From assembly GCA_040954595.2 (NCBI GenBank), contig CM082598.2, forward strand, positions 9,191,097 through 9,255,096: a stretch of 64,000 nucleotides of DNA, in the 5' to 3' direction. A model generated the notes under the pieces. It saw nothing but the letters and a program-made list of their open reading frames with translations, was not told the DNA's origin and did not search any database. Source of the stretch: Balanoglossus misakiensis. Its lineage: Eukaryota; Animalia; Hemichordata. The position numbers and the translations under genes are program-made. Shown here in pieces: positions 1-15,000 of this stretch (within the stretch, counting starts at the first letter, position 1; each line of letters begins with the position of its first letter).

Positions 1-3000
1 GAATTTGTTGCCGCCATTCTTGGGAGGGGAGAAATGATGCCAGAGAATTTGTTGCCGCCATTCTTGGGAGGGGAGAAATGATGGCTGATAATTTGTTGCC
101 GCCATTCTTGGGCGGGGACAAATGATGGCAGAGAATTTGTTTCCGCCATTCTTTGGAGGGGAGAAATGATGGCAGAGAATTTATTGCCGCCATCCTTGGG
201 AGGGGAGAAATAACGGCTGAGTGTTTGTTGCCGCCATTCTTGGGCGGGGAGAAATGATGGCAGAGAATTTGTTGCCGCCATTCTTGGGAGGGGAGAAATG
301 ATGTCAGAGAATTTGTTGCCGCCATTCTTGGGAGGGGATAAATGATGGCTGATAATTTGTTGCCGCCATTCTTGGGCGGGGACAAATGATGGCAGAGAAT
401 TTGTTTCCGCCATTCTTTGGAGGGGAGAAATGATGGCAGAGAATTTGTTGCCGCCATTCTTTGGAAGGGAGAAATGATGGCAGAGAATTTGTTGCCGCCA
501 TTCTTGGGAGGGGAGAAATGATAGCTGATAATTTGTTGCCGCCATTCTTGGGCGGGGACAAATGATGGCAGAGAATTTGTTGCCGCCATTCTTGGGAGGG
601 GAGAAATAACGGCTGAGAGTATGTTGCCGCCATTACTGGGAGGGGAGAAATGATGGCAGAGAATTTGTTGCCGCCATTCTTGGGAGGGGAGAAATGATGG
701 CTGAGAATTTGTTGCCGCCATTCTTTGGAAGGGAGAAATGATGGCAGAGAATTTATTGCCGCCTTCCTTGGTAGGGGAGAAATAACCTCTGAGAGTTTGT
801 TGCCGCCATTCTTGGGCGGGGAGAAATGATGGCAGAGAATTTGTTGCCGCCATTCTTGGGAGGGGAGAAATGATGGCTGAGAATTTGTTGCCGCCATTAT
901 TTGGAGGGGAGAAATGATGGCAGAGAATTTATTGCCGCCATCCTTGGGAGGGGAGAAATAACGGCTGAGTGTTTGTTGCCGCCATTCTTGGGCGGGGAGA
1001 AATGATGGCAGAGAATTTGTTGCCGCCATTCTTGGGAGGGGAGAAATGATGTCAGAGAATTTGTTGCCGCCATTCTTGGGAGGGAGGGGAGAAATGATGG
1101 CTGATAATTTGTTGCCGCCATTCTTGGGCGGGGACAAATGATGGCAGAGAATTTGTTTCCGCCATTCTTTGGAGGGGAGAAAAGATGGCAGAGAATTTAT
1201 TGCCGCCATCCTTGGGAGGGGAGAAATAACGGCTGAGTGTTTGTTGCCGCCATTCTTGGGCGGGGAGAAATGATGGCAGAGAATTTGTTGCCGCCATTCT
1301 TGGGAGGGGAGAAATGATGTCAGAGAATTTGTTGCCGCCATTCTTGGGAGGGGAGAAATGATGGCTGATAATTTGTTGCCGCCATTCTTGGTCGGGGACA
1401 AATGATGGCAGAGAATTTGTTTCCGCCATTCTTTGGAGGGGAGAAATGATGGCAGAGAATTTATTGCCGCCATCCTTGGGAGGGGAGAAATAACGGCTGA
1501 GTGTTTGTTGCCGCCATTCTTGGGCGGGGAGAAATGATGGCAGAGAATTTGTTGCCGCCATCCTTGGGAGTGGAGAAATAACGGCTGAGTGTTTGTTGCC
1601 GCCATTCTTGGGAGGGGAGAAATGATGGCTGAGAATTTGTTGCCGCCATTCTTGGAGGGGAGAAATGATGGCTGAGAATTTGTTGCCGCCATTCTTGGGA
1701 GGGGAGAAATAACGGCTGAGAGTTTGTTGCCGCCATTATTGGGAGGGGAGAAATGATGGCAGAGAATTTGTTGCCGCCATTCTTGGGAGGGGAGAAATGA
1801 TGGCTGAGAATTTGTTGCCGCCATTCTTTGGAGGGGAGAAATGATGGCAGAGAATTTATTGCCGCCTTCCTTGGGAGGGGAGAAATAACGGCTGAGAGTT
1901 TTTTGCCGCCATTCATGGGCGGGGAGAAATGATGGCAGAGAATTTGTTTCCGCCATTCTTTGGAGGGGAGAAATGATGGCAGAGAATTTATTGCCGCCAT
2001 CCTTGGGAGGGGAGAAATAACGGCTGAGTGTTTGTTGCCGCCATTCTTGGGCGGGGAGAAATGATGGCAGAGAATTTGTTGCCGCCATCCTTGGGAGTGG
2101 AGAAATAACGGCTGAGTGTTTGTTGCCGCCATTCTTGGGAGGGGAGAAATGATGGCTGAGAATTTGTTGCCGCCATTCTTGGAGGGGAGAAATGATGGCT
2201 GAGAATTTGTTGCCGCCATTCTTGGGAGGGGAGAAATAACGGCTGAGAGTTTGTTGCCGCCATTATTGGGAGGGGAGAAATGATGGCAGAGAATTTGTTG
2301 CCGCCATTCTTGGGAGGGGAGAAATGATGGCTGAGAATTTGTTGCCGCCATTCTTTGGAGGGGAGAAATGATGGCAGAGAATTTATTGCCGCCTTCCTTG
2401 GGAGGGGAGAAATAACGGCTGAGAGTTTTTTGCCGCCATTCATGGGCGGGGAGAAATGATGGCAGAGAATTTGTTGCCGCCATTCTTGGGAGGGGAGAAA
2501 TGATGGCTGAGAATTTGTTGCCGCCATTATTTGGAGGGGACAAATGATGGCAGAGAATTTATTGCCGCCATCCTTGGGAGGGGAGAAATAACGGCTGAGT
2601 GTTTGTTGCCGCCATTCTTGGGCGGGGAGAAATGATGGCAGAGAATTTGTTGCCGCCATTCTTGGGAGGGGAGAAATGATGTCAGAGAATTTGTTGCCGC
2701 CATTCTTGGGAGGGGAGAAATGATGGCTGATAATTTGTTGCCGCCATTCTTGGGCGGGGACAAATGATGGCAGAGAATTTGTTTCCGCCATTCTTTGGAG
2801 GGGAGAAAAGATGGCAGAGAATTTATTGCCGCCATCCTTGGGAGGGGAGAAATAACGGCTGAGTGTTTGTTGCCGCCATTCTTGGGCGGGGAGAAATGAT
2901 GGCAGAGAATTTGTTGCCGCCATTCTTGGGAGGGGAGAAATGATGTCAGAGAATTTGTTGCCGCCATTCTTGGGAGGGGAGAAATGATGGCTGATAATTT

Positions 3001-6000
3001 GTTGCCGCCATTCTTGGTCGGGGACAAATGATGGCAGAGAATTTGTTTCCGCCATTCTTTGGAGGGGAGAAATGATGGCAGAGAATTTGTTGCCGCCATC
3101 CTTGGGAGTGGAGAAATAACGGCTGAGTGTTTGTTGCCGCCATTCTTGGGAGGGGAGAAATGATGGCTGAGAATTTGTTGCCGCCATTCTTGGAGGGGAG
3201 AAATGATGGCTGAGAATTTGTTGCCGCCATTCTTGGGAGGGGAGAAATAACGGCTGAGAGTTTGTTGCCGCCATTATTGGGAGGGGAGAAATGATGGCAG
3301 AGAATTTGTTGCCGCCATTCTTGGGAGGGGAGAAATGATGGCTGAGAATTTGTTGCCGCCATTCTTTGGAGGGGAGAAATGATGGCAGAGAATTTATTGC
3401 CGCCTTCCTTGGGAGGGGAGAAATAACGGCTGAGAGTTTTTTGCCGCCATTCATGGGCGGGGAGAAATGATGGCAGAGAATTTGTTGCCGCCATTCTTGG
3501 GAGGGGAGAAATGATGGCTGAGAGTTTTTTGCCGCCATTCATGGGCGGGGAGAAATGATGGCAGAGAATTTGTTGCCGCCATTCTTGGGAGGGGAGAAAT
3601 GATGGCTGAGAATTTGTTGCCGCCATTATTTGGAGGGGAGAAATGATGGCAGAGAATTTATTGCCGCCATCCTTGGGAGGGGAGAAATAACGGCTGAGTG
3701 TTTGTTGCCGCCATTCTTGGGCGGGGAGAAATGATGGCAGAGAATTTGTTGCCGCCATTCTTGGGAGGGGAGAAATGATGTCAGAGAATTTGTTGCCGCC
3801 ATTCTTGGGAGGGGAGAAATGATGGCTGATAATTTGTTGCCGCCATTCTTGGGCGGGGACAAATGATGGCAGAGAATTTGTTTCCGCCATTCTTTGGAGG
3901 GGAGAAATGATGGCAGAGAATTTATTGCCGCCATCCTTGGGAGGGGAGAAATAACGGCTGAGTGTTTGTTGCCGCCATTCTTGGGCGTGGAGAAATGATG
4001 GCAGAGAATTTGTTGCCGCCATTCTTGGGAGGGGAGAAATGATGTCAGAGAATTTGTTGCCGCCATTCTTGGGAGGGGAGAAATGATGGCTGATAATTTG
4101 TTGCCGCCATTCTTGGGCGGGGACAAATGATGGCAGAGAATTTGTTTCCGCCATCCTTGGGAGGGGAGAAATAACGGCTGAGTGTTTGTTGCCGCCATTC
4201 TTGGGAGGGGAGAAATGATGGCTGAGAATTTGTTGCCGCCATTCTTGGGAGGGGAGAAATGATGGCTGAGAATTTGTTGCCGCCATTCTTGGGAGGGGAG
4301 AAATAACGGCTGAGAGTTTGTTGCCGCCATTATTGGGAGGGGAGAAATGATGGCAGAGAATTTGTTGCCGCCATTCTTGGGAGGGGAGAAATGATGGCTG
4401 AGAATTTGTTGCCGCCATTCTTTGGAGGGGAGAAATGATGGCAGAGAATTTATTGCCGCCTTCCTTGGGAGGGGAGAAATAACGGCTGAGAGTTTGTTGC
4501 CGCCATTCTTGGGCGGGGAGAAATGATGGCAGAGAATTTGTTGCCGCCATTCTTGGGAGGGGAGAAATGATGTCAGAGAATTTGTTGCCGCCATTCTTGT
4601 TTGTTGCCGCCATTCTTGGGCGGGGAGAAATGATGGCAGAGAATTTGTTGCCGCCATTCTTGGGAGGGGAGAAATGATGTCAGAGAATTTGTTGCCGCCA
4701 TTCTTGGGAGGGGAGAAATGATGGCTGATAATTTGTTGCCGCCATTCTTGGGCGGGGACAAATGATGGCAGAGAATTTGTTGCCGCCATTCTTGGGAGGG
4801 GAGAAATGACGGCAGAGAATTTGTTGCCGCCATTCTTGGGAGGGGAGAAATAACGGCTGAGAGTTTGTTGCCGCCATTCGCGGGATGGGCGAAATGAGGG
4901 CAGAGAATATTTTACGGTTGCTGCCATTCTTTGCCGAGGAGAAATGAGGGCAGAGAATTTATTGCCGCCATCCTTGGGAAGGGAGAAATAACGGCTGAGA
5001 GTATGTTGCCGCCATTCTCGGGAGGGGAGAAATGATAGCAGAGGATTTGTTGCCGCCATTCTTGGGAGGGGGATGAGAAATAACGGCGGAGAGTTTGTTG
5101 CCGCCATTCGCGGGATGGGCGAAATGAGGGCAGAGAATATTTTACGGTTGCTGCCATTCTTTGCCGAGGAGAAATGAGGGAAGAGAATTTATTGCCGCCA
5201 TCCTTGGGAAGGGAGAAATAACGGCTGAGAGTATGTTGCCGCCATTCTCGGGAGGGGAGAAATGATAGCAGAGGATTTGTTGCCGCCATTCTTGGGAGGG
5301 GGATGAGAAATAACGGCGGAGAGTTTGTTGCCGCCATTCTTGGGAGGGTAGAAATAACGGCTGAGAGTTTGTTGCCGCCATTCTTGGGAGGGGAGAAATA
5401 ACGGCTGAGAGTTTGTTGCCGCCATTCTTGGGAGGGGAGAAATGATGGCTGAGAATTTGTTGCCGCCATTCTTGGGAGGGGAGAAATGATGGCAGATAAT
5501 TTATTGCCGCCATCCTTGGGAGGGGAGAAATAACGGCTGAGAGTTTGTTGCCGCCATTCTTGGGCGGGGAGAAATGATAGCAGAGAATTTGTTGCCGCCA
5601 TTCTTGGGAGGGGAGAAATGATGGCTGAGAATTTGTTGCCGCCATTCTTTGGAGGGGAGAAATGATAGCAGAGAATTTTTTGCCGCCATTCTTTGTAGTG
5701 GAGAAACGATGGCAGAGAGTTTGTTGCCGCCATTCTTGGGAGGGGAGAAATGATGGCTGAGAATTTTTTGCCGCCATTCTTGGGAGGGGAGAAATAACGG
5801 CGGAGAGTTTGTTGCCGCCATTCTTGGGAGGGGAGAAATGATGGCAGAGAATTTATTGCCGCCATCCTTGGGAGGGGAGAAATGATAGCAGAGAATTTAT
5901 TGCCGCCATCCTTGGGAGGGGAGAAATAACGGCTGAGAGTTTGTTGCCGCCATTCTTTGTAGTGGAGAAACGATGGCAGAGAGTTTGTTGCCGCCATTCT

Positions 6001-9000
6001 TTGGAGGGGAGAAATGACGGCAGAGAATTTATTGCCACCATCCTTGGGAGGGGAGAAATAACGGCTGAGAGTTTGTTGCCGCCATTCTTGGGCGGGGAGA
6101 AATGATAGCAGAGAATTTGTTGCCGCCATTTTTGGGAGGGTAGAAATAACGGCGGAGAGTTTGTTGCCGCCATTCTTGGGAGGGGAGAAATGATGGCAGA
6201 GACTTTATTGCCGCCATCCTTGGGAAGGGAGAAATGATGGCAGAGAATTTATTGCCGCCATCCTTGGGAGGGGAGAAATAAGGGCTGAGAGTTTGTTGCC
6301 GCCATTCTTGGGCGGGGAGAAATGATAGCAGAGAATTTGTTGCCGCCATTCTTGGGAGGGGAGAAATGATGGCTGAGAATTTGTTGCCGCCATTCTTTGG
6401 AGGGGAGAAATAACCGCTGAGAGTTTGTTGCTGCCATTCTTGGGAGGGGAGAAATGATGGCAGAGAATTTTTTGCCGCCATTCTTGGGAGGGGAGAAATA
6501 ACGGCGGAGAGTTTGTTAACGCCATTCTTGGGAGGGGAGAAATGATGGCAGAGAATTTATTGCCGCCATCCTTGGGAGGGGAGAAATAACGGCTGAGAGT
6601 TTGTTGCCGCCATTCTTTGTAGTGGAGAAACGATGGCAGAGAGTTTGTTGCCGCCATTCTTGGGAGGGGAGAAATAACGGCGGAGAGTTTGTTGCCGCCA
6701 TTCTTGGGAGGGGAGAAATGATGGCAGAGAATTTATTGCCGCCATCCTTGGGAAGGGAGAAATGATGGCAGAGAATTTATTGCCGCCATCCTTGGGAGGG
6801 GAGAAATAAGGGCTGAGAGTTTGTTGCCGCCATTCTTGGGCGGGGAGAAATGATAGCAGAGAATTTGTTGCCGCCATTCTTGGGAGGGGAGAAATGATGG
6901 CTGAGAATTTGTTGCCGCCATTCTTTGGAGGGGAGAAATAACCGCTGAGAGTTTGTTGCTGCCATTCTTGGGAGGGGAGAAATGATGGCAGAGAATTTTT
7001 TGCCGCCATTCTTGGGAGGGGAGAAATAACGGCGGAGAGTTTGTTGCCGCCATTCTTGGGCGGGGAGAAATGATAGCAGAGAATTTGTTGCCGCCATTCT
7101 TGGGAGGGGAGAAATGATGGCTGAGAATTTGTTGCCGCCATTCTTTGGAGGGGAGAAATAACCGCTGAGAGTTTGTTGCTGCCATTCTTGGGAGGGGAGA
7201 AATGATGGCAGAGAATTTTTTGCCGCCATTCTTGGGAGGGGAGAAATAACGGCGGAGAGTTTGTTGCCGCCATTCTTGGGAGGGGAGAAATGATGGCAGA
7301 GAATTTATTGCCGCCATCCTTGGGAGGGGAGAAATAACGGCTGAGAGTTTGTTGCCGCCATTCTTTGTAGTGGAGAAACGATGGCAGAGAGTTTGTTGCC
7401 GCCATTCTTTGTAGTGGAGAAACGATGGCAGAGAGTTTGTTGCCGCCATTCTTTGGAGGGGAGAAATGACGGCAGAGAATTTATTGCCACCATCCTTGGG
7501 AGGGGAGAAATAACGGCTGAGAGTTTGTTGCCGCCATTCTGGGGCGGGGAGAAATGATAGCAGAGAATTTGTTGCCGCCATTTTTGGGAGGGTAGAAATA
7601 ACGGCGGAGAGTTTGTTGCCGCCATTCTTGGGAGGGGAGAAATGATGGCAGAGACTTTATTGCCGCCATCCTTGGGAAGGGAGAAATGATGGCAGAGAAT
7701 TTATTGCCGCCATCCTTGGGAGGGGAGAAATAAGGGCTGAGAGTTTGTTGCCGCCATTCTTGGGCGGGGAGAAATGATAGCAGAGAATTTGTTGCCGCCA
7801 TTTTTGGGAGGGTAGAAATAACGGCGGAGAGTTTGTTGCCGCCATTCTTGGGAGGGGAGAAATGATGGCAGAGACTTTATTGCCGCCATCCTTGGGAAGG
7901 GAGAAATGATGGCAGAGAATTTATTGCCGCCATCCTTGGGAGGGGAGAAATAAGGGCTGAGAGTTTGTTGCCGCCATTCTTGGGCGGGGAGAAATGATAG
8001 CAGAGAATTTGTTGCCGCCATTCTTGGGAGGGGAGAAATGATGGCTGAGAATTTGTTGCCGCCATTCTTTGGAGGGGAGAAACGATGGCAGAGAGTTTGT
8101 TGCCGCCATTCTTGGGAGGGGAGAAATAACGGCGGAGAGTTTGTTGCCGCCATTCTTGGGAGGGGAGAAATGATGGCAGAGAATTTATTGCCGCCATCCT
8201 TGGGAAGGGAGAAATGATGGCAGAGAATTTATTGCCGCCATCCTTGGGAGGGGAGAAATAAGGGCTGAGAGTTTGTTGCCGCCATTCTTGGGCGGGGAGA
8301 AATGATAGCAGAGAATTTGTTGCCGCCATTCTTGGGAGGGGAGAAATGATGGCTGAGAATTTGTTGCCGCCATTCTTTGGAGGGGAGAAATAACCGCTGA
8401 GAGTTTGTTGCTGCCATTCTTGGGAGGGGAGAAATGATGGCAGAGAATTTTTTGCCGCCATTCTTGGGAGGGGAGAAATAACGGCGGAGAGTTTGTTGCC
8501 GCCATTCTTGGGCGGGGAGAAATGATAGCAGAGAATTTGTTGCCGCCATTCTTGGGAGGGGAGAAATGATGGCTGAGAATTTGTTGCCGCCATTCTTTGG
8601 AGGGGAGAAATAACCGCTGAGAGTTTGTTGCTGCCATTCTTGGGAGGGGAGAAATGATGGCAGAGAATTTTTTGCCGCCATTCTTGGGAGGGGAGAAATA
8701 ACGGCGGAGAGTTTGTTGCCGCCATTCTTGGGAGGGGAGAAATGATGGCAGAGAATTTATTGCCGCCATCCTTGGGAGGGGAGAAATAACGGCTGAGAGT
8801 TTGTTGCCGCCATTCTTTGTAGTGGAGAAACGATGGCAGAGAGTTTGTTGCCGCCATTCTTGGGAGGGGAGAAATAACGGCGGAGAGTTTGTTGCCGCCA
8901 TTCTTGGGAGGGGAGAAATGATGGCAGAGAATTTATTGCCGCCATCCTTGGGAAGGGAGAAATGATGGCAGAGAATTTATTGCCGCCATCCTTGGGAGGG

Positions 9001-12000
9001 GAGAAATAAGGGCTGAGAGTTTGTTGCCGCCATTCTTGGGCGGGGAGAAATGATAGCAGAGAATTTGTTGCCGCCATTCTTGGGAGGGGAGAAATGATGG
9101 CTGAGAATTTGTTGCCGCCATTCTTTGGAGGGGAGAAATGATAGCAGAGAATTTTTTGCCGCCATTCTTTGTAGTGGAGAAACGATGGCAGAGAGTTTGT
9201 TGCCGCCATTCTTGGGAGGGGAGAAATGATGGCTGAGAATTTTTTGCCGCCATTCTTGGGAGGGGAGAAATAACGGCGGAGAGTTTGTTGCCGCCATTCT
9301 TGGGAGGGGAGAAATGATGGCAGAGAATTTATTGCCGCCATCCTTGGGAGGGGAGAAATGATAGCAGAGAATTTATTGCCGCCATCCTTGGGAGGGGAGA
9401 AATAACGGCTGAGAGTTTGTTGCCGCCATTCTTTGTAGTGGAGAAACGATGGCAGAGAGTTTGTTGCCGCCATTCTTTGGAGGGGAGAAATGACGGCAGA
9501 GAATTTATTGCCACCATCCTTGGGAGGGGAGAAATAACGGCTGAGAGTTTGTTGCCGCCATTCTTGGGCGGGGAGAAATGATAGCAGAGAATTTGTTGCC
9601 GCCATTTTTGGGAGGGTAGAAATAACGGTTGAGAGTTTGTTGCCGCCATTCTTGGGCGGGGAGAAATGATGGCTGAGAATTTGTTGCAGCCATTCTTTGG
9701 AGGGGAGAAATAACCGCTGAGAGTTTGTTGCCGCCATTCTTGGGAGGGGAGAAATGAAGGCTGAGAATTTTTTGCCACCATTCTTGGGAGGGGACAAATA
9801 ACGGCGGAGAGTTTGTTGCCGCCATTCTTGGGAGGGGAGAAATGATGGCAGAGACTTTATTGCCGCCATCCTTGGGAAGGGAGAAATGATGGCAGAGAAT
9901 TTATTGCCGCCATCCTTGGGAGGGGAGAAATAAGGGCTGAGAGTTTGTTGCCGCCATTCTTGGGCGGGGAGAAATGATAGCAGAGAATTTGTTGCCGCCA
10001 TTCTTGGGAGGGGAGAAATGATGGCTGAGAATTTGTTGCCGCCATTCTTTGGAGGGGAGAAATAACCGCTGAGAGTTTGTTGCTGCCATTCTTGGGAGGG
10101 GAGAAATGATGGCAGAGAATTTTTTGCCGCCATTCTTGGGAGGGGAGAAATAACGGCGGAGAGTTTGTTAACGCCATTCTTGGGAGGGGAGAAATGATGG
10201 CAGAGAATTTATTGCCGCCATCCTTGGGAGGGGAGAAATAACGGCTGAGAGTTTGTTGCCGCCATTCTTTGTAGTGGAGAAACGATGGCAGAGAGTTTGT
10301 TGCCGCCATTCTTGGGAGGGGAGAAATAACGGCGGAGAGTTTGTTGCCGCCATTCTTGGGAGGGGAGAAATGATGGCAGAGAATTTATTGCCGCCATCCT
10401 TCGGAAGGGAGAAATGATGGCAGAGAATTTATTGCCGCCATCCTTGGGAGGGGAGAAATAAGGGCTGAGAGTTTGTTGCCGCCATTCTTGGGCGGGGAGA
10501 AATGATAGCAGAGAATTTGTTGCCGCCATTCTTGGGAGGGGAGAAATGATGGCTGAGAATTTGTTGCCGCCATTCTTTGGAGGGGAGAAATAACCGCTGA
10601 GAGTTTGTTGCTGCCATTCTTGGGAGGGGAGAAATGATGGCAGAGAATTTTTTACCGCCATTCTTGGGAGGGGAGAAATAACGGCGGAGAGTTTGTTGCC
10701 GCCATTCTTGGGCGGGGAGAAATGATAGCAGAGAATTTGTTGCCGCCATTCTTGGGAGGGGAGAAATGATGGCTGAGAATTTGTTGCCGCCATTCTTTGG
10801 AGGGGAGAAATAACCGCTGAGAGTTTGTTGCTGCCATTCTTGGGAGGGGAGAAATGATGGCAGAGAATTTTTTGCCGCCATTCTTGGGAGGGGAGAAATA
10901 ACGGCGGAGAGTTTGTTGCCGCCATTCTTGGGAGGGGAGAAATGATGGCAGAGAATTTATTGCCGCCATCCTTGGGAGGGGAGAAATAACGGCTGAGAGT
11001 TTGTTGCCGCCATTCTTTGTAGTGGAGAAACGATGGCAGAGAGTTTGTTGCCGCCATTCTTGGGAGGGGAGAAATAACGGCGGAGAGTTTGTTGCCGCCA
11101 TTCTTGGGAGGGGAGAAATGATGGCAGAGAATTTATTGCCGCCATCCTTGGGAAGGGAGAAATGATGGCAGAGAATTTATTGCCGCCATCCTTGGGAGGG
11201 GAGAAATAAGGGCTGAGAGTTTGTTGCCGCCATTCTTGGGCGGGGAGAAATGATAGCAGAGAATTTGTTGCCGCCATTCTTGGGAGGGGAGAAATGATGG
11301 CTGAGAATTTGTTGCCGCCATTCTTTGGAGGGGAGAAATAACCGCTGAGAGTTTGTTGCTGCCATTCTTGGGAGGGGAGAAATGATGGCAGAGAATTTTT
11401 TGCCGCCATTCTTGGGAGGGGAGAAATAACGGCGGAGAGTTTGTTGCCGCCATTCTTGGGAGGGGAGAAATGATGGCAGAGAATTTATTGCCGCCATCCT
11501 TGGGAGGGGAGAAATAACGGCTGAGAGTTTGTTGCCGCCATTCTTTGTAGTAGAGAAACGATGGCAGAGAGTTTGTTGCCGCGATTCTTGGGAGGGGAGA
11601 AATGATGGCTGAGAATTTGTTGCCGCCATTCTTGGGAGGGGAGAAATGATGGCTGAGAATTTGTTGCCGCCATTCTTTGGAGGGGAGAAATAACCGCTGA
11701 GAGTTTGTTGCTGCCATTCTTGGGAGGGGAGAAATGATGGCTGAGAATTTGTTGCCGCCATTCTTGGGAGGGGAGAAATGATGGCTGAGAATTTGTTGCC
11801 GCCATTCTTTGGAGGGGAGAAATAACCGCTGAGAGTTTGTTGCTGCCATTCTTGGGAGGGGAGAAATGATGGCTGAGAATTTGTTGCCGCCATTCTTGGG
11901 AGGGGAGAAATAACCGCTGAGAGTTTGTTGCTGCCATTCTTGGGAGGGGAGAAATGATGGCTGAGAATTTGTTGCCGCCATTCTTGGGAGGGGAGAAATG

Positions 12001-15000
12001 ATGGCTGAGAATTTGTTGCCGCCATTCTTTGGAGGGGAGAAATAACCGCTGAGAGTTTGTTGCCGCCATTCTTGGGAGGGGAGAAATGATGGCTGAGAAT
12101 TTGTTGCCGCCATTCTTGGGAGGGGAGAAATGATGGCTGAGAATTTGTTGCCGCCATTCTTGGGAGGGGAGAAATGATGGCTGAGAATTTGTTGCCGCCA
12201 TTCTTTGGAGGGGAGAAATAACCGCTGAGAGTTTGTTGCTGCCATTCTTGGGAGGGGAGAAATGATGGCAGAGAATTTTTGCCGCCATTCTTGGGAGGGG
12301 AGAAATAACGGCAGAGAATTTATTGCCGCCATCCTTGGGAGGGGAGAAATGATAGCAGAGAATTTATTGCCGCCATCCTTGGGAGGGGAGAAATAACGGC
12401 TGAGAGTTTGTTGCCGCCATTCTTTGTAGTGGAGAAACGATGGCAGAGAGTTTGTTGCCGCCATTCTTTGGAGGGGAGAAATGACGGCAGAGAATTTATT
12501 GCCACCATCCTTGGGAGGGGAGAAATAACGGCTGAGAGTTTGTTGCCGCCATTCTTGGGCGGGGAGAAATGATAGCAGAGAATTTGTTGCCGCCATTTTT
12601 GGGAGGGTAGAAATAACGGTTGAGAGTTTGTTGCCGCCATTCTTGGGCGGGGAGAAATGATGGCTGAGAATTTGTTGCAGCCATTCTTTGGAGGGGAGAA
12701 ATAACCGCTGAGAGTTTGTTGCCGCCATTCTTGGGAGGGGAGAAATGAAGGCTGAGAATTTTTTGCCACCATTCTTGGGAGGGGACAAATAACGGCGGAG
12801 AGTTTGTTGCCGCCATTCTTGGGAGGGGAGAAATGATGGCAGAGACTTTATTGCCGCCATCCTTGGGAAGGGAGAAATGATGGCAGAGAATTTATTGCCG
12901 CCATCCTTGGGAGGGGAGAAATAAGGGCTGAGAGTTTGTTGCCGCCATTCTTGGGCGGGGAGAAATGATAGCAGAGAATTTGTTGCCGCCATTCTTGGGA
13001 GGGGAGAAATGATGGCTGAGAATTTGTTGCCGCCATTCTTTGGAGGGGAGAAATAACCGCTGAGAGTTTGTTGCTGCCATTCTTGGGAGGGGAGAAATGA
13101 TGGCAGAGAATTTTTTGCCGCCATTCTTGGGAGGGGAGAAATAACGGCGGAGAGTTTGTTAACGCCATTCTTGGGAGGGGAGAAATGATGGCAGAGAATT
13201 TATTGCCGCCATCCTTGGGAGGGGAGAAATAACGGCTGAGAGTTTGTTGCCGCCATTCTTTGTAGTGGAGAAACGATGGCAGAGAGTTTGTTGCCGCCAT
13301 TCTTGGGAGGGGAGAAATAACGGCGGAGAGTTTGTTGCCGCCATTCTTGGGAGGGGAGAAATGATGGCAGAGAATTTATTGCCGCCATCCTTCGGAAGGG
13401 AGAAATGATGGCAGAGAATTTATTGCCGCCATCCTTGGGAGGGGAGAAATAAGGGCTGAGAGTTTGTTGCCGCCATTCTTGGGCGGGGAGAAATGATAGC
13501 AGAGAATTTGTTGCCGCCATTCTTGGGAGGGGAGAAATGATGGCTGAGAATTTGTTGCCGCCATTCTTTGGAGGGGAGAAATAACCGCTGAGAGTTTGTT
13601 GCCGCCATTCTTTGTAGTGGAGAAACGATGGCAGAGAGTTTGTTGCCGCCATTCTCGGGAGGGGAGAAATGATAGCAGAGAATTTGTTGCAGCCATTCTT
13701 GGGAGGGTAGAAATGATGGCTGAGAATTTGTTGCCGCCATTCTTTGGAGGGGAGAAATGATGGCAGAGAATTTATTGCCGCCTTCCTTGGGAGGGGAGAA
13801 ATAACGGCTGAGAGTTTGTTGCCGCCATTCTTGGGCGGGGAGAAATGATAGCAGAGAATTTGTTGCCGCCATTCTTGGGAGGGGGATGAGAAATAACGGC
13901 TGAGAGTTTGTTGCCGCCATTCTTGGGAGGGTAGAAATAACGGCTGAGAGTTTGTTGCCGCCATTCTTGGGAGGGGAGAAATAACGGCTGAGAGTTTGTT
14001 GCCGCCATTCTTGGGAGGGGAGAAATGATGGCTGAGAATTTGTTGCCGCCATTCTTGGGAGGGGAGAAATAACGGCTGAGAGTTTGTGGCCGCCATTATT
14101 GGGAGGGGAGAAATGATGGCTGAGAGTTTGTTGCCGCCATTCTTGGGCGGGGAGAAATGATAGCAGAGAATTTGTTGCCGCCATTCTTGGGAGGGGAGAA
14201 ATGATGGCTGGGAATTTGTTGCCGCCATTCTTGGGAGGGGAGAAATAACCGCTGAGAGTTTGTTGCCGCCATTCTTGGTAGGGGAGAAATGATGGCAGAG
14301 AATTTGTTGCCGCCATTCTTGGGAGGGGAGAAATGATGGCTGAGAATTTGTTGCCGCCATCCTTGGGAGGGGAGAAATAACGGCTGAGAGTTTGTTGCCG
14401 CCATTCTTGGGCGGCTGAGAATTTGTTGCCGCCATTCTTGGGCGGGGAGAAATGATGGCAGAGAAGTTGTTGCCGCCATTCTTGGGAGGGGAGAAATGAT
14501 GGCTGAGAATTTATTGCCGCCATCCTTGGGAGGGGAGAAATAACGGCTGAGTGTTTGTTGCCGCCATTCTCGGGCGGGGAGAAATGATGGCAGAGAATTT
14601 GTTGCCGCCATTCTTGGGAGGGGAGAAATGATGGCAGAGAGTTTGTTGCCGCCATTCTTTGTAGTGGAGAAACGATGGCAGAGAGTTTGTTGCCGCCATT
14701 CTTGGGAGGGGAGAAATGATGGCTGAGAATTTGTTGCCGCCATCCTTGGGAGGGGAGAAATAACGGCTGAGAGTTTGTTGCCGCCATTCTTTGTAGTGGA
14801 GAAACGATGGCAGAGAGTTTGTTGCCGCCATTCTTGGGAGGGGAGAAATGATGGCTGAGAATTTGTTGCCGCCATTCTTGGGAGGGGAGAAATGAGGGCA
14901 GAGAATTTATTGCCGCCATCCTTGGGAAGGGAGAAATAACGGCTGAGAGTATGTTGCCGCCATTCTCGGGAGGGGAGAAATGATAGCAGAGAATTTGTTG

